Shown here piece by piece: positions 17,315-27,068 of a stretch of DNA of 59,093 nucleotides. The DNA comes from a virus (lineage: Duplodnaviria > Caudoviricetes). How positions within the stretch are numbered: the first letter of the stretch is position 1; every line of letters starts with the position of its first letter. Under the pieces are notes generated by a model. The model had not been told where the DNA came from. It searched no databases and saw only the letters and a program-made list of their open reading frames with translations. The stretch spans positions 1 to 59,093 of IMG/VR virus record IMGVR_UViG_3300017782_004064; one strand, written 5' to 3'. A program made the translations under genes and the position numbers.

Positions 17315-18018
17315 TATTCGAACCTTATGCTGTCAGTTATAGGGACTAGTAGTCTTATCATTGTACCTAAATAGTCATCGAAACGCTTCATTGCTCTGTC
17401 GTGTGCTGTAGAGTCATCTCTGAACTCGTACACTTTAGCAAGAGCACCTTGTTTTATTACTTGCTTGAACTCTTCAGGAATAGCGGGTACGTCTGTCGAG
17501 GCTGAGAGGGTAGAAGCGACTATGAAGTATGGATACTTGACAGTGTATGCGTAATCTGGCACTGGTGAGAGGACAAGCTTATCATCGTCTCTTGTGCGTA
17601 TTACAAACTGTGGTTTAGCTCTTGATTGATCTACTTCTTCACTATTAATGTCACTCTCTCGGAGAAAGTCTACATAGTATTCCCAAGACTTGTTAGTTAG
17701 TTCCTGGTGATCTGGAGCTTCTGTGATGGCTGCATCGTAGTCTATGTAGATGCTATCCCAATCGATCCACATAGCGGAGGTTTCTGTTGAGTACTCGAAT
17801 GTTCCAGGCACACAAGTGATTGAGCCTTCAGTCCACTGGAACGGCCACTCTGATTCTGGCTTAGCGTAGATATCGCTTATCGTTTCGTTGATGAAATTCT
17901 TTACTGTCTTGTGAAGGCCTATGGCATCATCAAAGTCAGCGTCTGTGAAGGGAACCTCGTTTACGGCTTCTAGTACGTCATTGCACAAGCCTAGGTATGT
18001 ATACGGATTTTCTGGCAT
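17314..18018 (-). CDS. Head-tail adaptor / tubular protein A
   Basis: TYLGLCNDVL...NEV, LSPVPDYAY, DVPAIPEEF. Confidence 0.7.
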   Translation of the reverse strand: MPENPYTYLGLCNDVLEAVNEVPFTDADFDDAIGLHKTVKNFINETISDIYAKPESEWPFQWTEGSITCVPGTFEYSTETSAMWIDWDSIYIDYDAAITEAPDHQELTNKSWEYYVDFLRESDINSEEVDQSRAKPQFVIRTRDDDKLVLSPVPDYAYTVKYPYFIVASTLSASTDVPAIPEEFKQVIKQGALAKVYEFRDDSTAHDRAMKRFDDYLGTMIRLLVPITDSIRFE

Positions 18019-18054
18019 CTATAAGTCCCTTGAATGTATGTTTTAAGTGTCGCA

Positions 18055-18081
18055 AAGGGGACCCCTGATTAGGAGCCCCCC
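18055..18081 (-). terminator. Probable leaky terminator after the capsid genes
   Basis: GGGGGCTCCT-AATC-AGGGGTCCCC followed by only TTT. Confidence 0.6.
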
Positions 18082-18094
18082 TCACTAGTATTAA

Positions 18095-18589
18095 TTATAC
18101 TTCAGCTGGTGTGTGAGTATAATCAGTACGGTAGCCAGCAAGCTCTGGTGCTGTGTTAGCAGGAGCTTCTGTAGCGATAGTGTAAGCTACCTTACCGGAA
18201 TCTAAAACGCCAGCGTTAGAGAAGGCTGCTTTAATTGTTGATTCAGCTGTAAGGACAGCAGTAGTTGCATTACCTGCAGTGTAAGTCGTATAACGACCGA
18301 CAGCTACGTCTGTTTGTGCATCTACAAGGTTATCTGGATCAGTTGCACTGTCGTAACCGATATCAGTAGTCGTGGAAGCTGTGATAGCCTCAACGATCTC
18401 GAAGTCAGTTGCTTTCAGAATTGTTCCAGCAGGAAGAGTGACAATATCGACGATTAGTTTATCGCCAGATACATAAGCAGAGCTATCTGCAACCGCTTTC
18501 GCGATGTCAACTACACCTGTGATTGGGGTTTGATAGGCAGTTGTGCCTGTGCCACCCTTAAGTTGGTTGGTTACTGTTACGTTAGCCAT
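18095..18589 (-). CDS. Capsid decoration/cement protein
   Basis: Beta-rich 164 aa immediately after MCP; AAGGA RBS. Confidence 0.6.
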   Translation of the reverse strand: MANVTVTNQLKGGTGTTAYQTPITGVVDIAKAVADSSAYVSGDKLIVDIVTLPAGTILKATDFEIVEAITASTTTDIGYDSATDPDNLVDAQTDVAVGRYTTYTAGNATTAVLTAESTIKAAFSNAGVLDSGKVAYTIATEAPANTAPELAGYRTDYTHTPAEV

Positions 18590-18611
18590 AATATTAATTC
18601 CTTATATTAGA

Positions 18612-19541
18612 TTAAAAGTCAATCGCACCTACGAAGAGGTTCTCAGATTTAAGAACTTTACGACCCCATACAAGAAGACCATCGCAAGCAGAGCCAAAGT
18701 AATCTGGGTGCTCTTCAATAACACGAGTCTTGGTGAGAGACGTTACAGAGGCTGTGGAGTTTTTATGTCCAGCCATGACTGTAATATCATCAGCAGCAGT
18801 TTTCGGGTTGTTGTTAGTCTTAAGTAAGTTAAAGCCGTGTAAGTTATAGCCTTCGCCCATGCCGTATTTGCGGCTACGGATTACAGAGAGAGGATCTCCT
18901 GTCTTATCCGCTTGAACTACGAGTGAAGTCTCATCACGCAATTTCTCGAAGAATTTCGGAGAAGCTACGATAAAGCGCTGACCATCATCTGGCACATCGT
19001 TCTCATCGAGAATAGTACCAAGCTGGTTCAAGTAGTTAAGAGGGCTAGTTTCGCCTGAGCCAAAACCGATCGTAACAGGAGTACCTGATACACCGATTCC
19101 AAGACCAGCACCAGTAGTAGCGTTATCTGCCATGTACTGAAGAATGTCTTTATCTTTGACGTTCATCAAGTTGTACATACCAGAGCTCTTACCAGCTTCC
19201 ATCCAATTCATGTGAGACAGACGCTTTTCAATGTCGTCTACACCGAAAGAGAAGTACTCAGCCTTGTCAATAACAAGCTGCAAGTAGTCATCATCTAACT
19301 CTTGGCGAACTAACTTCTGACCGCGCTTATACGGACGAGTTGTTACGTTTGGTTCTTTGAGAATCTCTACAGTATCGCCTGCATCGCTGATCTCGCCAGT
19401 AAAGTCAGTATTAGTGACCATATCAGCAATCGACGCAATGCGGTTGAACATGAGAAATTGTTTGGCATACATTGTTGGACTAAAGTGATTATTTGGGAAT
19501 TGCCCATAACCGCTAGAAGGTCCGATTCCGTTTCCTACCAT
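18612..19541 (-). CDS. Major capsid protein
   Basis: FSPTMYAK, TNTDFTGEI..AGDTVEILKEP, LVIDKAEYFSFGVDDIE, LDENDVP, GLLVWGRKVL. Confidence 0.9.
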   Translation of the reverse strand: MVGNGIGPSSGYGQFPNNHFSPTMYAKQFLMFNRIASIADMVTNTDFTGEISDAGDTVEILKEPNVTTRPYKRGQKLVRQELDDDYLQLVIDKAEYFSFGVDDIEKRLSHMNWMEAGKSSGMYNLMNVKDKDILQYMADNATTGAGLGIGVSGTPVTIGFGSGETSPLNYLNQLGTILDENDVPDDGQRFIVASPKFFEKLRDETSLVVQADKTGDPLSVIRSRKYGMGEGYNLHGFNLLKTNNNPKTAADDITVMAGHKNSTASVTSLTKTRVIEEHPDYFGSACDGLLVWGRKVLKSENLFVGAIDF

Positions 19542-19574
19542 GATTTTATCCTTTGATTAAAGTTGAAAAATAAG

Positions 19575-20504
19575 TTACTTTCCAGAGATGTCGAATAACA
19601 CTCGACCCTTGGATTGAGCTTCTGAGATTGCTTGATAGTTCCGTTCGTATTCTTGAACTGACATTTTATCAATTTGAGACTCAGTAAAGTCATACTTTCC
19701 TTTTGCCTCGTCAGTAGGCTCAGAAGGCTTCGTAGAAGATGCCACGTCAACAGAATCTTTCTTTCTTTTTTCTGTGACAGTATCTTTAACAACACCTGTC
19801 TTCACCTTGTACAGATCCAGGCCTGTGGCGACAACGTCGGCTGAACCAGATTGGAACAACTTCTTAATGTCTTCAGGCTGTTTCGCATACCAAGATTTGA
19901 ACTTCTCATCCTTCTTAATCGACCTAGCATCGGGATGAATTCGGACTAGCTTTTGCATAAGTTCTGCTTGAGCTGTCTTCTTTTCGAGATCTTTCAGACC
20001 ACCTAGGCGTTTATCGACTTCTTCCATGATCTTCTTCTCTGCCTGCCCTATTAAGGCGTTCTGCACAGCGTGGGATGTAGGATAATTCTCGATATATGCT
20101 TTGATAGTCTCTTCCGATATTTCCTCATTAGAAGAGTTCTGTACAGCAGTCTCTAGCTCGGCAATGGTTCCTTCTTGAGTTTTTAGGCTCTCTTTAAGTT
20201 CCGTCACGTAGCGCTGTTGATCACTATACCGCTTTTTCCAATCAGTAGTATCTTCTTCAGCATTCTCAGTGGAAGGTTCCTCGTCAGAAATAAAATTATC
20301 ATTATCCTCTTCAAAGTCATCTTCCGTTTGCTTATCTTCAGCTTCATCAGGGTTCGTCTCTTTAGAGGTTTCCGCATCAGCAGGGCTCTTAGAGGTTGAA
20401 GTATCTGATTCTGTCTGCTCTTCAGCTAATTCTGCCATTTCCTTCTCAATGTCTTCCATTGTGATTTCATCTGGACTTTTGGTTAAGATTGTACTATTAC
20501 TCAT
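19575..20504 (-). CDS. Capsid scaffolding protein (start re-called at 20504)
   Basis: Acidic N-terminus, WKKRYSD, coiled coil, HPD, C-terminal ESQIDKMS..EYE; AGGAG RBS before 20504; directly upstream of MCP. Confidence 0.8.
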   Translation of the reverse strand: MSNSTILTKSPDEITMEDIEKEMAELAEEQTESDTSTSKSPADAETSKETNPDEAEDKQTEDDFEEDNDNFISDEEPSTENAEEDTTDWKKRYSDQQRYVTELKESLKTQEGTIAELETAVQNSSNEEISEETIKAYIENYPTSHAVQNALIGQAEKKIMEEVDKRLGGLKDLEKKTAQAELMQKLVRIHPDARSIKKDEKFKSWYAKQPEDIKKLFQSGSADVVATGLDLYKVKTGVVKDTVTEKRKKDSVDVASSTKPSEPTDEAKGKYDFTESQIDKMSVQEYERNYQAISEAQSKGRVLFDISGK

Positions 20505-20513
20505 AGTTTCTCC

Positions 20514-20593
20514 TAGGGGTTTGCTTGCGCAAAGTGGCCTATACAACTAATCTTAGATATATAGAGGGGTCCAATTAGATCGGAGTAGCCTCT
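20514..20593 (-). promoter_or_regulatory. Tandem RNA hairpins with identical CYAC/CC internal loop upstream of the scaffold RBS
   Basis: AGAGG-CUAC-UCCGA-UCUAA-UUGGA-CC-CCUCU and UAGG-CCAC-UUUGC-GCAA-GCAAA-CC-CCUA. Confidence 0.7.
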
Positions 20594-20961
20594 TTGCTAG
20601 GTTGAACTTGGCTCGATTGTGAGCCGGATATGCTCTCCTGCCGGATAGCGTTTACTTCCTCCCGAGATACGGGGATCAGTTGCTTGGCAGGGTCTGCATT
20701 TTTTTGGAAGTAGTCAGCCGTCATTTGTGCTACTTCGTTGCCAATAAGTCCTCTAACGGCTAGCTGTATTAAAGCTACGGACTCTGGTGTTAGGTATTCT
20801 GCTAAGAATTCTTGCTCAGCTTCTGAGAAGGTGCCTAGCTCTGCATCGAGGCTAGCTTCCAGCTCTTCATAGTCAAGGTTAGTAAATGGACTCTGACCTC
20901 CAGCTTGGGCTTCCATTCCAGCGGCTGCGGGATCTACTCCCTCGGTAACTTGGTCAATCAT
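20575..20961 (-). CDS. Hypothetical virion-cluster protein
   Basis: TAATG-coupled ORF with AAGGAG RBS. Confidence 0.65.
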   Translation of the reverse strand: MIDQVTEGVDPAAAGMEAQAGGQSPFTNLDYEELEASLDAELGTFSEAEQEFLAEYLTPESVALIQLAVRGLIGNEVAQMTADYFQKNADPAKQLIPVSREEVNAIRQESISGSQSSQVQPSKEATPI

Positions 20962-21998
20962 TAAACTGCTCCTTGATTTTGTTTATCTTCGTATTCTTTT
21001 CTAAATTCGCTAAATCGCTTCCTACGAGGGGTTGCTCCTAAGCGTAGCTCGCCAGATGCTGGCTTTTGGCCTTGTGCTGCCATTTCCTGCTCTAGAGCGG
21101 TAACTTGCTCAACTGCTTGTGTGGAAGGCTGAGGGGTTGGTGCTGTATCGGTTTTATCTTGTAAGATCTGTCCAACATACTGTTGAGAACCTACATCGAC
21201 TGCAGTGGCTAGTTTAGTGCCGCCAACAACAGTGCCTGTGCGTTTCTGAGGCTGCTTAGTGACGGGGTCTAGGACTTTCTGGCTAGTAGTCTCTGTCATG
21301 TCGAATATTAAGCCTGTCTTATCATCATAGAAAAGCTGACCCATATCTTTCGTGTTCCCTTTTCGGCCGTACTGGTTAAGCTCTGCATTAGCGCTGGCTT
21401 TAACTTCTGTGCCGTCAGCTAGAGTGATTATATTCTCGCCAGCTCTCTGTCCAGCGCCTACTGCTGAGATCGGCTTTAGAGTGTCTCTGTCAGGTATTAA
21501 ATCTTCTGAGAGAGTCTTTGCAGCTGAAGGGCCGTCTCCGAATAGCTTCGAGAGGATCACTGGAGTCATCATGAGAGCTCCTACACCTGTCATAGCCGCA
21601 GCTGCTGACATTCCTGCTCCTACGCCTGCTGTGGTGGCTGCTGTCGAGGCTCCTGTCTGTGCTGCTGGTACACCTGTTGCTGATGCAAATCCGCCTGTAG
21701 GGATGCCGCCTGTTCCACCGAGGCCGTACTGAAAGCCTGAGAGATTCCCTAGAGCGCCTTGTAAGCCTCCGCCTTGGAAGCCTGCTACAACGCCGGAAGG
21801 GTTAGTGGCCATGTTATAGCCCTTATAGATATTCTTAGCTGCACTTACTGGGCCGCCTGCTGGTGAGGGTGTAGGTGCTTGCGGAGTAGGTACAGCTGTC
21901 GAGACATTGCTACGCATGACAGGAGCTACATAATTAGCTGCCGAGCTTACTGTTGAGCTCAGTTCGTCATTCATAAATAGTCCCGAGTAATTAGTCAT
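20961..21998 (-). CDS. Gly/Ala-rich protein with hydrophobic segment (possible pilot/ejection protein)
   Basis: GVGAGMSAAAAMTGVGALMM segment; lies between portal and scaffold. Confidence 0.5.
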   Translation of the reverse strand: MTNYSGLFMNDELSSTVSSAANYVAPVMRSNVSTAVPTPQAPTPSPAGGPVSAAKNIYKGYNMATNPSGVVAGFQGGGLQGALGNLSGFQYGLGGTGGIPTGGFASATGVPAAQTGASTAATTAGVGAGMSAAAAMTGVGALMMTPVILSKLFGDGPSAAKTLSEDLIPDRDTLKPISAVGAGQRAGENIITLADGTEVKASANAELNQYGRKGNTKDMGQLFYDDKTGLIFDMTETTSQKVLDPVTKQPQKRTGTVVGGTKLATAVDVGSQQYVGQILQDKTDTAPTPQPSTQAVEQVTALEQEMAAQGQKPASGELRLGATPRRKRFSEFRKEYEDKQNQGAV

Positions 21999-22218
21999 CT
22001 GCTAAGCCATCCTTGATTCTGTCTGATAAGTGCTTTAAATTAGTTTCCACTAAAACCAGCTTCCCCTGACTGCGGAATACTTCCGGTCCCAATTGTGCCG
22101 CCGCCAGCTCCTGTAGGATCTCCTGGGTCAAGACTTGCCACACTTCCTCCAGTGCCTCCTTGCCCTCCGCCGAGGTTAGGATTTTGAGCTTCCGCGCCTG
22201 CTCCTTGCTGAACTGCAT
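21991..22218 (-). CDS. Small protein overprinted on the portal C-terminal tail
   Basis: AAGGAG RBS 10 nt upstream of the ATG; EVFRSQGK motif; stop couples to the next gene. Confidence 0.7.
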   Translation of the reverse strand: MQFSKEQARKLKILTSAEGKEALEEVWQVLTQEILQELAAAQLGPEVFRSQGKLVLVETNLKHLSDRIKDGLADD

Positions 22219-24139
22219 TTTGCTGTACTCCTTGTATTAGCTGGGCGTAGAGCTGGGCAGTAACTGTATCGTTAACCACCTTATCAGGGTCTAGGTCCAT
22301 AGTTTTAATAAGTTCTTTAATTACGTATTGCATGTTAATGTGTGGTGCCACTACAGGGCTGTTTGCTAACTGAATGAGGGACAGTAATCTCTGTGAGCGT
22401 ACTTCTCGTTGCATTAATGAAGCTGAGCCTTTGGCTACGATACTTACATCTCCGCGCACTTTCGAGTTAGTCTCATTGAAAGCCATATTCCACTGGAAAT
22501 AACCTTCACCTAGAGGCTTGAGGCCATAGTGATCCCAATTCCGAATAACACCTTTAATTCCGAGCTGTGCAGCGCCCATAAGCATACTCATGCCAGACGC
22601 TGTTCTAGTGGTTGCTGATACGCCAGTCTGGCCATGCGAATAGCTAGGAATACCAGTCTGCTCGTCTGCAAGCTGTCGCATTACATTAAACATTACATTG
22701 TGTGACTGTGAAGTGTCTTTAAAGCCGATAGAGTTAATTGCCTGTCCAGCTGCTCCACCCATTCTACGGAATACTTTACCAGGATAAACAGTCATCTTTT
22801 GGCCTGGCTTCAGTAAGTCTTCATTAATCTCGAAGATCACGTTACCTGCTAGACGTAAATTCTCGACAGCCATTCTGATGTGTGTGTTCATTAGAGTTTG
22901 GCTATCACGCATGTTCTGAGGAACGCTAATACCCCAAAGCTGGTAAGGATGCTTCTCATAAGGGATGAACATGTAAGGAATGCGGTGAGGAGTGAACGGG
23001 TTAAGGACTGCACGTAAGACACGATCTCCACATACCCAAATATTCACAGCTATGGATTCCATCAGCTCTTCTTGGTCTTTCTTATCTACTAGGCCTAATT
23101 TTTCTGCTAGGTCTCTGTCTAGCTCTCCCCAGTATTCCAGCACTTCGTAGCGGTTTCTTGGGAGTTGGCTGTCTTCGTCCTGAAGCTCGCTTTCCCAGTC
23201 CTGTTGCTCGTAGGCTGGTTTCATTGTTAAGCACTCTTGAAGGGCTTCTTTATCGACGCTTCCTAGGTTAACTAGACCGCGCATCTGCTTCTTCGAGAGT
23301 AAGTGCCGCTCAATGACAAAATCCAAGTCTTCTTGTGAGACTGCGTCTGGATCTGGATAGATGTTCCATACAGAGACCGCCTTAGTCAGTGGGGCTATCT
23401 CTTGCTCTGGTGTGTAGGTTATCTTGCCAGTCTCTGGGTCTTGCTCATAGCGGTGATTTGTCTTGTACATGCTAACAGGGCCTTTTAAGACGGCTGTACC
23501 GAGCATTGGCTGCTCAACAACTGCTTGCTTGACTGCTGTAGTTGCTTTTGTCTCTGCCAGCTGATCTTGAATAAGCTTTGTCATGTAGGCAGCAGCTTCC
23601 TTGGCAGGATGTACCTGTGGAGCTACGTTAACGTCTGGAGAAGGGCCTGAGAGGGCTGTCTTACCTTTAAGTAAACCTCCTAAATAGTCCCGAGTAGAGC
23701 CTAAGATGTCTTTTGAGCGAGTGCCTGGAGCTAAGTCTTGACCGTCGCCTGGAAAGCCGTACTGTGGGGTAAGCTGCTCTGCAACTGCCTCGTCATGTAT
23801 AGTAACTGTCTCTTCAGCGCCGTCGGGAATTGGAGTCTCGGCAACCTCAATTGGTAGCTTATCTTCTGCGAAGAGGATCTCATCAATTTGGTTAGTGGCT
23901 GCTGTTACTTTAGTCTTGGTAATCTTAATGTAGATGGGGGTTAAAAGCGGGTTGCGTTGCTTAGCCTCGTTGTAGTCTTGCTGCTCTTCAGCGTTGTGGA
24001 GTCCTCTCCATTGTAGGAAGTCTTTCAGCCAGATGTCTTCTGTCTGCTCACGTCCCATACAAGCATCTGCAAAGGCCGCTTGCACATATGCTGCAACTTC
24101 GCCCTCTAAGGAAATATCTTCAATTGATTCTTCTACCAT
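22040..24139 (-). CDS. Portal protein
   Basis: KITKTKVTAA, GTAVLKGP, SVWNIYPDP, YEVLEYWG, TRTASGMSMLMGAA; follows TerL. Confidence 0.9.
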   Translation of the reverse strand: MVEESIEDISLEGEVAAYVQAAFADACMGREQTEDIWLKDFLQWRGLHNAEEQQDYNEAKQRNPLLTPIYIKITKTKVTAATNQIDEILFAEDKLPIEVAETPIPDGAEETVTIHDEAVAEQLTPQYGFPGDGQDLAPGTRSKDILGSTRDYLGGLLKGKTALSGPSPDVNVAPQVHPAKEAAAYMTKLIQDQLAETKATTAVKQAVVEQPMLGTAVLKGPVSMYKTNHRYEQDPETGKITYTPEQEIAPLTKAVSVWNIYPDPDAVSQEDLDFVIERHLLSKKQMRGLVNLGSVDKEALQECLTMKPAYEQQDWESELQDEDSQLPRNRYEVLEYWGELDRDLAEKLGLVDKKDQEELMESIAVNIWVCGDRVLRAVLNPFTPHRIPYMFIPYEKHPYQLWGISVPQNMRDSQTLMNTHIRMAVENLRLAGNVIFEINEDLLKPGQKMTVYPGKVFRRMGGAAGQAINSIGFKDTSQSHNVMFNVMRQLADEQTGIPSYSHGQTGVSATTRTASGMSMLMGAAQLGIKGVIRNWDHYGLKPLGEGYFQWNMAFNETNSKVRGDVSIVAKGSASLMQREVRSQRLLSLIQLANSPVVAPHINMQYVIKELIKTMDLDPDKVVNDTVTAQLYAQLIQGVQQNAVQQGAGAEAQNPNLGGGQGGTGGSVASLDPGDPTGAGGGTIGTGSIPQSGEAGFSGN

Positions 24140-25834
24140 CTAGTATCCTGTGAAATTGTCGCTTAATTCGTTATAATCAGAACCCTGTAAGAAGGGGTCA
24201 TACTTTTTAGCACTGCTTGGACGGGAGCTGAGTCCGTACCTGAGCGTGTCGTAGTGGTGATCCCACGCTTTAGTGTCTACATCTTCGGGCTTGTTCTTAT
24301 CGAGTGGGAGGGAAGTTAGGCATCTTATAAGCCCTGTGCAGGTATTAAATATATAGAGGTTTGGTGAGTCTTCTAATTCATGGTTTAAGTATCTATGTAC
24401 TAGAAGCTTGCCAGCCGCGCGTGATCCTGGAGAACGATCTGACGGTATGAACGGTACGCCTCCCTCTTCAGAAATCGCCCTGTTAATCTGTTCTCCAATG
24501 GATGGTCCGAAGTCCCCGCGAGCAGCAAATACAGAACTATCAATAAGGCCGTACTCGATACGATCACCTTCTTCATTTTCGCATACCTGCTTACCGTAAG
24601 TCGGTGCATCTTTCTTCTCTTTGACTGAAGGCCCATTATCAGTATACTCTCTATAGATGTATATATTCTCGTCGTAATCAACAGCGAACCATAAAGTAAC
24701 GGCTTCCGCTGCGTATCCCCAGTCAGCTGCTCTGAAGCGTGGCCATTCTCGAGGAATAGGGAAAGGCTCAATAACATGCTTAGTGCGTCTAAATTCTGTG
24801 AAGGCTAAACCCTCAGCGCTGTCCCAATCACCTTCCAGTAACTGCCGTCTCTCGTGTTCAGGCAATGAGAGCAGGTTCGCTTCGTACTGCCCGTCTTTAT
24901 AGAGGTAAGGATTATCAGTCAGCTTGGCAGGAATGAACCTACGCATGAATAACGGATCACCTTCTTTATCGTGGCCTTTAGGGAACCTTAGTACCTGTTC
25001 AGACTCGATATCAGTAGCTGGGAAGGGTCTTCCCCATTCGCCTACATTAATAAACATCCGCTTAACCCAGTCTGATCCTGGACCTCCAGGGTTCGTGGTA
25101 GCGCGCATGTAGAGTGGTAATTCTGGGTCTGTGGTTCTTAAACGGGATCTCATATAGTTCCACGGATAAGGTGTTGGCCAGTTGGTAAGCTCATCAAAAC
25201 CTACGTAGTTAAATGCTTGCCCGTGATAACGAAGAACGTCATCATCCCTGTCAAGATATGTTAGCCAGATAGTAGCGCCTGAAGGGAATGTCCATGTAGA
25301 CTTCTGTTCAGACCACTTAGCTCCTGGGAAGGCTTGAGGGTAGAGGGTCTTAGTGTTAAATATAATCTCACGAAGCTGGTCATTCGTTCTACGAAATATG
25401 ATAGCTCTGTGGTTCTTGTTGCCAGCGTATCTGAGAGGATCGGCAATCATTGCATAACTCTTACCGCCGCCTGCTGCTCCTCCGTAGAGAACTTCTCTCT
25501 CAGTTGAGGATAGAAAGTCTGTCTGAGGGCCTGGGTTAGGCTCAAAGATAATTGGCTGCTTCTCAATAACCTTCCGAGTCTCTTTCGGCAAGCTGTCTTT
25601 CACAACTACCTTCGGAGCCTTCTCGGATTCGAGGCTTTTCTTAAGCGCCGCTTCGGCATGGAACTCTTTACGCTTGGCTTCTAAGGCTTTCGCCTCTGCT
25701 GTTACGTCTGCATCTGGGTTATTACGTTTTTTCTCATAACGCTTATCCATTGCTTTCTTGACTTCAGCTTTACGCTTAGCGATGATTTTATCTAGCGCCT
25801 TATTTCCAGGCTTTTTAGGTGGTTTCTTAGGCAT
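24140..25834 (-). CDS. terL: Terminase large subunit
   Basis: YGGAAGGGKS Walker A, GFDELT Walker B, TTNPGG, DWG, DHHYDTLRY. Confidence 0.95.
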   Translation of the reverse strand: MPKKPPKKPGNKALDKIIAKRKAEVKKAMDKRYEKKRNNPDADVTAEAKALEAKRKEFHAEAALKKSLESEKAPKVVVKDSLPKETRKVIEKQPIIFEPNPGPQTDFLSSTEREVLYGGAAGGGKSYAMIADPLRYAGNKNHRAIIFRRTNDQLREIIFNTKTLYPQAFPGAKWSEQKSTWTFPSGATIWLTYLDRDDDVLRYHGQAFNYVGFDELTNWPTPYPWNYMRSRLRTTDPELPLYMRATTNPGGPGSDWVKRMFINVGEWGRPFPATDIESEQVLRFPKGHDKEGDPLFMRRFIPAKLTDNPYLYKDGQYEANLLSLPEHERRQLLEGDWDSAEGLAFTEFRRTKHVIEPFPIPREWPRFRAADWGYAAEAVTLWFAVDYDENIYIYREYTDNGPSVKEKKDAPTYGKQVCENEEGDRIEYGLIDSSVFAARGDFGPSIGEQINRAISEEGGVPFIPSDRSPGSRAAGKLLVHRYLNHELEDSPNLYIFNTCTGLIRCLTSLPLDKNKPEDVDTKAWDHHYDTLRYGLSSRPSSAKKYDPFLQGSDYNELSDNFTGY

Positions 25835-26240
25835 CGTGTAGAAGCTTCAATCTATCTTCGTAATCTAACAGACACTCATCTACTGGCGGGTGGCAGCGCA
25901 TAATCTTTTTAAATGACACTCTGCTTAGCGTCTTACCAGTCGTCTCCATTAAATATTCCCAGCCAGCCATCTCAGATTGGTCTTCGCAGATATCTCTAGC
26001 AACAACTAAAGCTTCGAATAAGTGAGGGATTGGGATGCATAGCTTAGGATCTTCTTTAGAGATCTCATAGCCAAAAGGAGCGGTTCCAGTCATTAAGTTA
26101 ATAGGAAGCCCTAGCATCATTCTTTTTAGGCGGTTAATGTCGTCTAATGTCCTGATCCACTGGTGAGGGTACTGTGCAGGCTTTGCACTTGTTTGAGAAT
26201 ATCTAAACATCGTCCTTTGGGGGTAGAATGAATAAGCCAT
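25827..26240 (-). CDS. Putative DNA-binding protein between terminase subunits
   Basis: APFGY...PIP...EAL...TGKTLS, resembling recombinase-domain-like proteins. Confidence 0.5.
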   Translation of the reverse strand: MAYSFYPQRTMFRYSQTSAKPAQYPHQWIRTLDDINRLKRMMLGLPINLMTGTAPFGYEISKEDPKLCIPIPHLFEALVVARDICEDQSEMAGWEYLMETTGKTLSRVSFKKIMRCHPPVDECLLDYEDRLKLLHDA

Positions 26241-26577
26241 TCGGAGCTTCTACTTCGAGAGCCATAGAAGACTTCTTAGTAAGCCCTGCTCTATCCATAA
26301 TTTCCTTAGCAGCTGCTAGCTCTATGGCGGAGTTGCGTGTAGGAGTCTTTAAACTTTTGGTGATAGCCCCAATTGCTTTAGGGAGTAAGGCTGCTAGCTC
26401 TGGTTCTGCATATTCTACAATATGGCGCTGTACTCCATCCATTATCTGCTTAACTGGTGAGTTTGCTGGGTAGCCAGCCATCTCTTTAGCTACTTTCGGG
26501 CAGAAGGTAGGGTTGTTCTCTTCATCAAAGAGCGCCGCTATGAATGCTTGTTGTCTTTCGTCAGGTTTGTCAGCCAT
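26203..26577 (-). CDS. terS: Terminase small subunit
   Basis: QQAFIAALF..AKEMAGY HTH-like N-terminus, AAKEIMDRAGL, FILPPK. Confidence 0.75.
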   Translation of the reverse strand: MADKPDERQQAFIAALFDEENNPTFCPKVAKEMAGYPANSPVKQIMDGVQRHIVEYAEPELAALLPKAIGAITKSLKTPTRNSAIELAAAKEIMDRAGLTKKSSMALEVEAPNGLFILPPKDDV

Positions 26578-27068
26578 GTAAAAAATCTTCTTCTAGGTTT
26601 CTTGACAGGTTGTGGGATCTCTGTCCGTGTGTTAAATAAGTCTGCTTCTGCTTGCCGTCTGCGAGTAAGCCCTCGTAAGCGTCTTCCTCCAGCCTTGTCC
26701 CACTTCAAGATTTCCTCGTCAACCAGATGATACTCACCTCTGTTCAGGCGCTGTCTTAAGGTTGATCTCTGGAAAGCTCCCACTCCTAAGTTAAATGTCC
26801 AACTCACCAGTGCGCCGTATTGGTTATCTGTGAGAGGGACTTTAGTAAGGGCAAGCATGGGGTTGGCATGTCTAGCAACATCATGTAAGAGGAGCTCTTC
26901 AGCCTTCTTGAGAGTTATCTTGTCGCCTTGCTTTACTTTCGAGCCGTCTGGCCATCTGGTGGCTCCGTAGCCTATTGTCCAGATTCCGACACTGTCTTGA
27001 TATGCTTTAAGTCTAAGTCCTTCAAAGGATTTTATTAGATTAAAGGCTTCTGGAGGTAATGGACGCAT
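26538..27068 (-). CDS. Endolysin, GH24 lysozyme (start re-called at 27068)
   Basis: IKSFEGLRLKAYQDSVGIWTIGYG catalytic motif; GLTRRRQAEADLF; GGGAG RBS. Confidence 0.92.
   Translation of the reverse strand: MRPLPPEAFNLIKSFEGLRLKAYQDSVGIWTIGYGATRWPDGSKVKQGDKITLKKAEELLLHDVARHANPMLALTKVPLTDNQYGALVSWTFNLGVGAFQRSTLRQRLNRGEYHLVDEEILKWDKAGGRRLRGLTRRRQAEADLFNTRTEIPQPVKKPRRRFFTWLTNLTKDNKHS

Noticed and set aside
19535-19795. 86-aa ORF overlapping the scaffold 3' end, possible frameshift product
   Set aside because: No RBS or clear slippery site; the scaffold C-terminus is intact in its own frame.
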